The position numbers were made by a program, and so were the translations under genes. DNA of 64,000 bases from Amoebophrya sp. A120 (taxonomy: Eukaryota; Protista; Dinoflagellata), in the NCBI GenBank assembly GCA_905178155.1, contig CAJINV010000012.1, positions 1,244,492 through 1,308,491 on the forward strand. Direction: 5' to 3'. A model generated the notes under the pieces. The model searched no databases. It worked only from the letters and a program-made list of their open reading frames with translations, and was not told where the DNA came from. Positions 59,201-64,000 of this stretch are shown here, piece by piece (the first letter of the stretch is position 1; every line of letters begins with the position of its first letter).

Positions 59201-59410
59201 ACCCGCATTGTAGTACTGTTTGCAGTTGTTCCGAAATTTGCCATGCAAGGAGTGCGAAAAGGCAGGGTGTGGATTTGGTATTTCGCATCACAAACGAGGG
59301 GAAAAGGGAGCAGTTGTGCCCTCTCATATCATGGACGCCATCTTCATGCTGGCCATCATCTTATTCATGCTGGCCATCTTCATGGCCGACATCTTCTTCA
59401 TCGGGGCCAT
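56256..59410 (-). CDS. Small basic protein (~140 aa) with Met/Lys-repeat N-terminus, putative chromatin protein
   Basis: AAAAAAATG start; MAPMKKMSAMKMASM...MKKLQVMKKQAEK...QQKGKLKAVFLQGVAIAKRKIAAREVFRQAAQKAISRVQK*. Four introner junctions are in frame; the junction across ~57075-58660 is unresolved. Confidence 0.7.
56305..56595. mobile_element. Introner family A (diverged)
   Basis: TIR; TSD AGACT/AAACT. Confidence 0.85.
56662..57009. mobile_element. Introner, B-related
   Basis: TATCC..GTAAAAACG / CGTTTTCACACAGGATA; TSD CAGCT. Confidence 0.8.
57066..58650. repeat. Duplicated intron/acceptor block: copies 57066-57303 and 58417-58650, partial copy 57750-57818
   Basis: GGGCGTGCTGCATCATGTCCG(A/G)TTGTCTCACACAGAAAAA occurs three times; CAAGCCGAAAAAAGATAAGAAGTATGTTA occurs twice. 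Confidence 0.85.
58791..59056. mobile_element. Introner family A
   Basis: TIR; TSD CTTCT. Confidence 0.9.
59100..59328. mobile_element. Introner family L
   Basis: TIR TATGAGAG(T/G)GCAC; TSD TCATG. Confidence 0.88.
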
Positions 59411-60387
59411 TTTTTGTTGGACGCGAGAAGAGATCGCAAGAGTTTTGTCTACTTGTACTTTCTTAGTTGATGCGAAAGTAGATCTAGATCTTCGAAAGGA
59501 TGCTAACTAGTTCGTGTAGTACTACTGAAGCGTACTTCTTGTTCTTCAAACAGTTTTGGAGCAAGTTTCAGGTAGGTAAAGTTGTTAAAGCTAGCTTGTT
59601 CTTAACAGCACGAGGCGAGCTGTGAAGCGGAGCGAGAGAGTCGTCTTTTTCACTGTTCTGGGCGGGATGGAGAGAGAACCGGAATCCATTCTCGGAATAA
59701 CTGCAAGATCGCAGCGCGAAACGCATACATAACACGGAGTCAGGATTTGAGAATGACGAGGCACAGTAACTTCGGAAGAGAGGCAAAATAGCTCTTACCG
59801 ACGTTGTTGAGAAGTGATCTGACTCTGCGCATTGTCAGAACCGAAGTTTGGATCATCGCACCCGTACGCCAACCGAAATTGTATAAACGCTCACACATCA
59901 ACCGACATTTGAATCTTCGCAAGCACCAGCTGCACGATCTGTTCATAGAACAGCGCAAGAACCGCAACTGTCCTCTTGCAAAAATGTGGACCGACAAGAT
60001 AGCGAAGTAGAAGTAGAATGCACTTGTGGAACTCGATGGAGACTTCTTCAAAAGAACCGACTTTGGTTTTTCACGCACCGAGGAACCCTATCTGTCTTCG
60101 TTAGAACAAAAAGGAGCAGGTGTCTAGCGAAGGTAGGAGACCAGACTCAACAAGCGAATTTTGTTCAACATCGCAATATGTCTCTGCGATACCTTTTCAC
60201 TTGTGCGTGCATCAAATCGAAGTTTTGGGTTTCATTAAATCAAAGCCACGATCATTCGCTGTCTCATTTGCGCCACGTGAAGTTGTGTTCTCAAAGGTGG
60301 TGTTGTCCGTCGGTACAACAAGTAAAGAGAGGTGGAGCAATGCTAGGATAACGATAAACGAAAATGCTCCACGCCAAAATTACATTA

Positions 60388-63300
60388 TTATCTCCGCCGC
60401 CCCTTCTGCCCCTTCCCACTGCTCTTCCTAAAGTCCAAAACCGCTTGGGTGAGCGCCTTGTGGCTCTCTTGTAGGGAAGTCACGAGAATATCGAAGGCGA
60501 ATATGTCTGGGTCTGGAAGGTTTGTGTTGCTGAATCTTGCATGACACAGAGGTCGCTGTTTCAAATCTTGCATCACAAATCCGGTGGACGCAGACATGTT
60601 TGCGATGCATAGGAGAGCTCCAACATCATTTTTTGCAGTTCGCCCTGCTCCTCGGCTTCATCACGCTCCTCCCCGATGAATATCGACGACGAACACTGTG
60701 CTATGATTGGTGTAACTTTGTATTGCAGACCGGGGAATAAAAGAACGATATACACACGTCATGCCAGAAATCCACGATAGCCTGTCGACGTCCAGACGAG
60801 TGTTCTTGCCCCGTACCAGCGACGCATGACAGATTTTTTCTCTCCTGTAAAGCAATTTTGTCATGCGGTTACTAGGCGAATAAAACAAAAAATCACACCA
60901 ACAAAGCTATTGTTATTTTCCGGGATAATACAGAAATCCGTCGTATTAGCGTCGCTGAACCGAGCTCCACCTGTCTCGTACTCCCGAGTGCGCTTAATCA
61001 AGGTTTTTTCGAGATTTTTGTTTTCCCAAAACAGCTCGGACAACAGTTTCGCCCTCGTCGCGTGCTCCTCTCTGCTTCTAACATGCTCAAGAGCTGAAGC
61101 GGAAGAAGAAGCTACTGTAGACGACGGAACTGCATGCGGGCTGCCACTTCTCTCATCTCCTTGTCCTGCGTCAATAAACTCGTCATTGTTCTTCCTGAAG
61201 TTGTTTCCGGCCTCGGTCTCCGATGGCAAGACTCCCTGCAGCTGGTGCTTCAGGGCCTTTATCTTCACCTCGAGTTTTTTCACCGTGTTCCGCTTTAAAA
61301 ATTCCTTTCGCCTCTTCGCTTTTTGCACTTCCCCTCGCAAAAACTCGGTTTTCTTCTGCAATTCTTTTTCCCGCTCCTTCCTGGCCTGAATCGCGCGGTA
61401 GCGAGGCAGCAATTGCTCCCGTTTTTCCAAGAGCGAGAACCTCAAATGCTCGACGTCTTCTTCTAGTTGGCACACGTGCTCGTCGAAATCGAGATCGGAA
61501 TTGATCTCAGGGTCGAATGAGTGATCACTCGAGTTGCCGTCAGATTTTTCACCCTCATCACCCATATTAGCTCGTTGTAACTTTTCATCATCTCCTGCTT
61601 CATCTCCTAGTGCAGAAGTTGCGGCGCCCGCTTGCTTTGTTGAAAACAGCGTCGTTGTATGCGCCAAAAACATCTTCCGTTTCAGCGCTTTTAACTTTTC
61701 TTTCAGCATGCCGGTCCTCCGCTCCGCTTCCTGGCTCGGGTGGATCCAGTTCTGCTCCCTCTTCGCTTCGAACTGCTCTTCTAGTAGATTTTCTTCCTGA
61801 TTTATCGCAGGAAAAAATTGTTTCACTGTATTCATTGCGGCATCTGCAACAGGAGCAGGACAAGTGCGTTTTAGTACTGATAAAAAAAAACAGACCCTCT
61901 GTTGCATTGTCAGCAAAACAGATAGTTCTAGCTGCCAAATTTTGTATCACAAGCCTACACGTATGAACGATTTTTCCATGCGATAGGTTTCAAGCTGATC
62001 ACTTTTCTCTGCAACTCTTTCTCTAGCGCTTCGAGTCTGCTCTTCCGCTCCTTGATTTCCGCGACGCAGCGATTGGATTCCGCTTCGATTTTGGGCAACG
62101 TCTGCTTCAGTTCTGCAACTTCTGATCTCCGTCATGCAATACAAACACCTGACGGCGGCCCCCTCTGCCGAGATAGTTTTCAGGGGGTCAGGATGTTGCC
62201 CGATCAAATTTCTTGTCAACATCTTCTTGCGAAAAATGAGTAATCATGCAGTGTCTACTTCACTATACATGATGCGGTTGTGTTTTATTTAGTACCATGT
62301 CAAAGATAACATCCGCGCATATGTTCAGCAGGTGGAAGAGCCGCGCAAGTGCATGACATAAGATTTTGTCGACCTCGAGTTCCTCTTCCTCCCATTCCTT
62401 CTGCTTTTCCGCAAAACAAGTCTTCGATTCCTCCAGCTGATCCGCAAACTCATTCAGCTCGTTCTCCGTTTTATCCCACAGAAAAAAGCTCCGAGTAAGA
62501 AGGCCCCATCAAATTTGATGTATGCGCAAAAACGACAAGCATCTGTTTCCATACATGGATGCCTGTACCCACAGCAACAGCATACTATACCCCTGTTTAG
62601 AGCAAGCACAACGTAATACGCGAGACAGATGAGATTGTCTTGTAGTGTGTAAAGCAGTGGATAATTTGCTTACAGAACTAGTGGCTCTTGTCGTTCTACG
62701 AGCTTCTTTCTTCCCTCGGATACTTTTCCTGGTACACTGCCAGCGTGTGCAGAAATTCTTTTTCCTCATTTATGCAAAGGAAAAATCCCCCCTCCCCATA
62801 TCAAAATGGAAATTTCTGATGCTGATGCGCATACACAAATCCGATTTGTCTTGCAGTAAGGCACTCCGGCCAGATCCGCAGCCTAGGTGGGAGCGCTCGT
62901 CAGGTCTAGTTGTTCAGCATTGCAAATGGCTACCGTCTAGGACCAACAGCATGCCAAATCGCGTCACAATTGGGCGGATGCCTCTGCACTTGTCTTTTTG
63001 CAAGACAAACCTGATTTGTGCTCGCAAATCAGCAACACAATAAATTTTTGGAAACATATCTTTTAATATGGGGAGGGGGGATTTTTCCTCTCAATATCAT
63101 TTAAAAGCTGGACCCGCTCCCGCGCTAGGTACGCGGAGTTCGCGCAGACACACAACTTCAGCTTCTGCTGAATTCGCGACTTCAAGCGCTTCGGCTGCGG
63201 TGGCTGCTCGTCCGGCTGCTGGTAGTAATGGTTCCCAGGTGCTGCCACGGAAGAGGTCGGCTTGCTTTTGCAACTGGTTGGCGAATGGTAGACATTGTAG

Positions 63301-64000
63301 TGGTTTTTGTGCTGATGCCTTTGCTGTCTGTAGTGTTGTATCCCGTGCAAAAGCCCTCCCCTCTCGCTCTCCTGTCTGATAATTTTAAATAAAAAAAATA
63401 CGCGCACTCAAGTCCTTAAAATGCTCCTCGTGGGGCTGTGCATTATGAGACCCACAATTTGCACACTCATTTATACACGATAAAAATTTCCAGCACAACC
63501 ACAGGGTAGCGAGAAGAGTAGTGTTTGCACAGCGTATCCTCCAGTCCAAAGTTGCTTTGCGAAGTGGGAGATGAAGAACAGGCGAAAGAGTTCTCTCCTG
63601 CCGCTGGTGACTTTGGTGTCCAACCTCCGCGAACGCGACAGCTTGGCGTCTGGCCGCCACCCGGCTGCCCGAGCTGGTACAGAGGTTTCCGCGCGGAGGA
63701 CTGCAAGTGTGGGTTCGTTCGTTTCATCCCCGACGCGGCTAGTGCAGCACTGGTGCCCGCAAGAACCTGGCGAGCAGTGGAATCGGCTGTTATTGCATCC
63801 TCGTGGTGCGCCGCCGGTCGGGCTGTGCCACCGTCGGTGGTCGAGGCGAGCTGGAGCTGCTCGGTGGATAACTTTCTGCTTGCACCACCCCCGTAGTTTG
63901 TCCCCGAACTCGAAACAACGGAGCTGCTACTCGCGGATGAGGACGCAGGACCGCAGAGCGTCGATTATGAGAGTGCGCAAGTCCCCCTCCCCCTCATTTG
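60388..64000 (-). CDS. Multi-exon coiled-coil protein, 5' end off window
   Basis: E/K/L-rich exons (EIKERKSRLEALEKELQRK, LEVKIKALKHQL). Junctions at 60489, 60681 and 61803 are in frame; stop TAA at 60388. Confidence 0.7.
60489..60611. mobile_element. Introner family A (short)
   Basis: TIR; TSD decayed; join in frame. Confidence 0.8.
60681..60930. mobile_element. Introner family N
   Basis: Imperfect TIR; TSD ATGAA/CAGAA; join in frame. Confidence 0.7.
61803..61985. mobile_element. Introner family H (diverged)
   Basis: TATCGCAGGAAAAAATTGTTTCACTG / GATTTTTCCATGCGATA. Confidence 0.75.
62472..62722. mobile_element. Introner, G-related
   Basis: TATCCCACAGAAAAAAGCTC; TSD CGTTT/CTTTT. Confidence 0.75.
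62771..63096. mobile_element. Introner family C
   Basis: TIR; TSD TCATT. Confidence 0.9.
63966..64000. mobile_element. Introner family L (partial, left end)
   Basis: TATGAGAGTGCGC..CCCCTCATTTG. Confidence 0.75.

Noticed and set aside
56256-59410. Calling the basic protein a DVNP
   Set aside because: The diagnostic core motif is absent.
62205-62368. Weak inverted repeat as another introner
   Set aside because: The right arm is in-frame coding (EVDKILCHALARL), and there are no TAT/ATA ends or TSD.
63376-63540. Possible introner (TACGC..GCGTA)
   Set aside because: No TSD and only a very short inverted repeat; likely an intron, but boundaries are unresolved.

Overview
Eukaryotic nuclear DNA, most consistent with the syndinian dinoflagellate Amoebophrya (inferred from genome architecture only). 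Four protein-coding genes, all on the minus strand, are interrupted by about 59 short, mostly 120-350 bp, transposon-like introns (introners) from about 15 families. Across families they share TAT...ATA termini, terminal inverted repeats (TIRs), a 5-bp target-site duplication (TSD) and an internal TGTNATGC motif. At the junctions I traced by hand, removing the element plus one TSD copy restores the reading frame, mostly without GT-AG boundaries. Bases ~61-40481 reconstruct as one gene of roughly 9,000 codons: APH-like kinase, NACHT NTPase, ankyrin repeats, three tandem DUF6829-like domains, then HAD-like motifs, i.e. an NLR-like giant. Three secondary mobile elements sit inside introners: a poly(A)-tailed retroposed insert, a long-TIR MITE with a TAG TSD, and an APE-RT-RNase H LINE. 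The other genes encode a single-pass membrane protein, a small Met/Lys-repeat basic protein and a coiled-coil protein. Family letters are my own labels, and domain names come from motif recognition, not searches.
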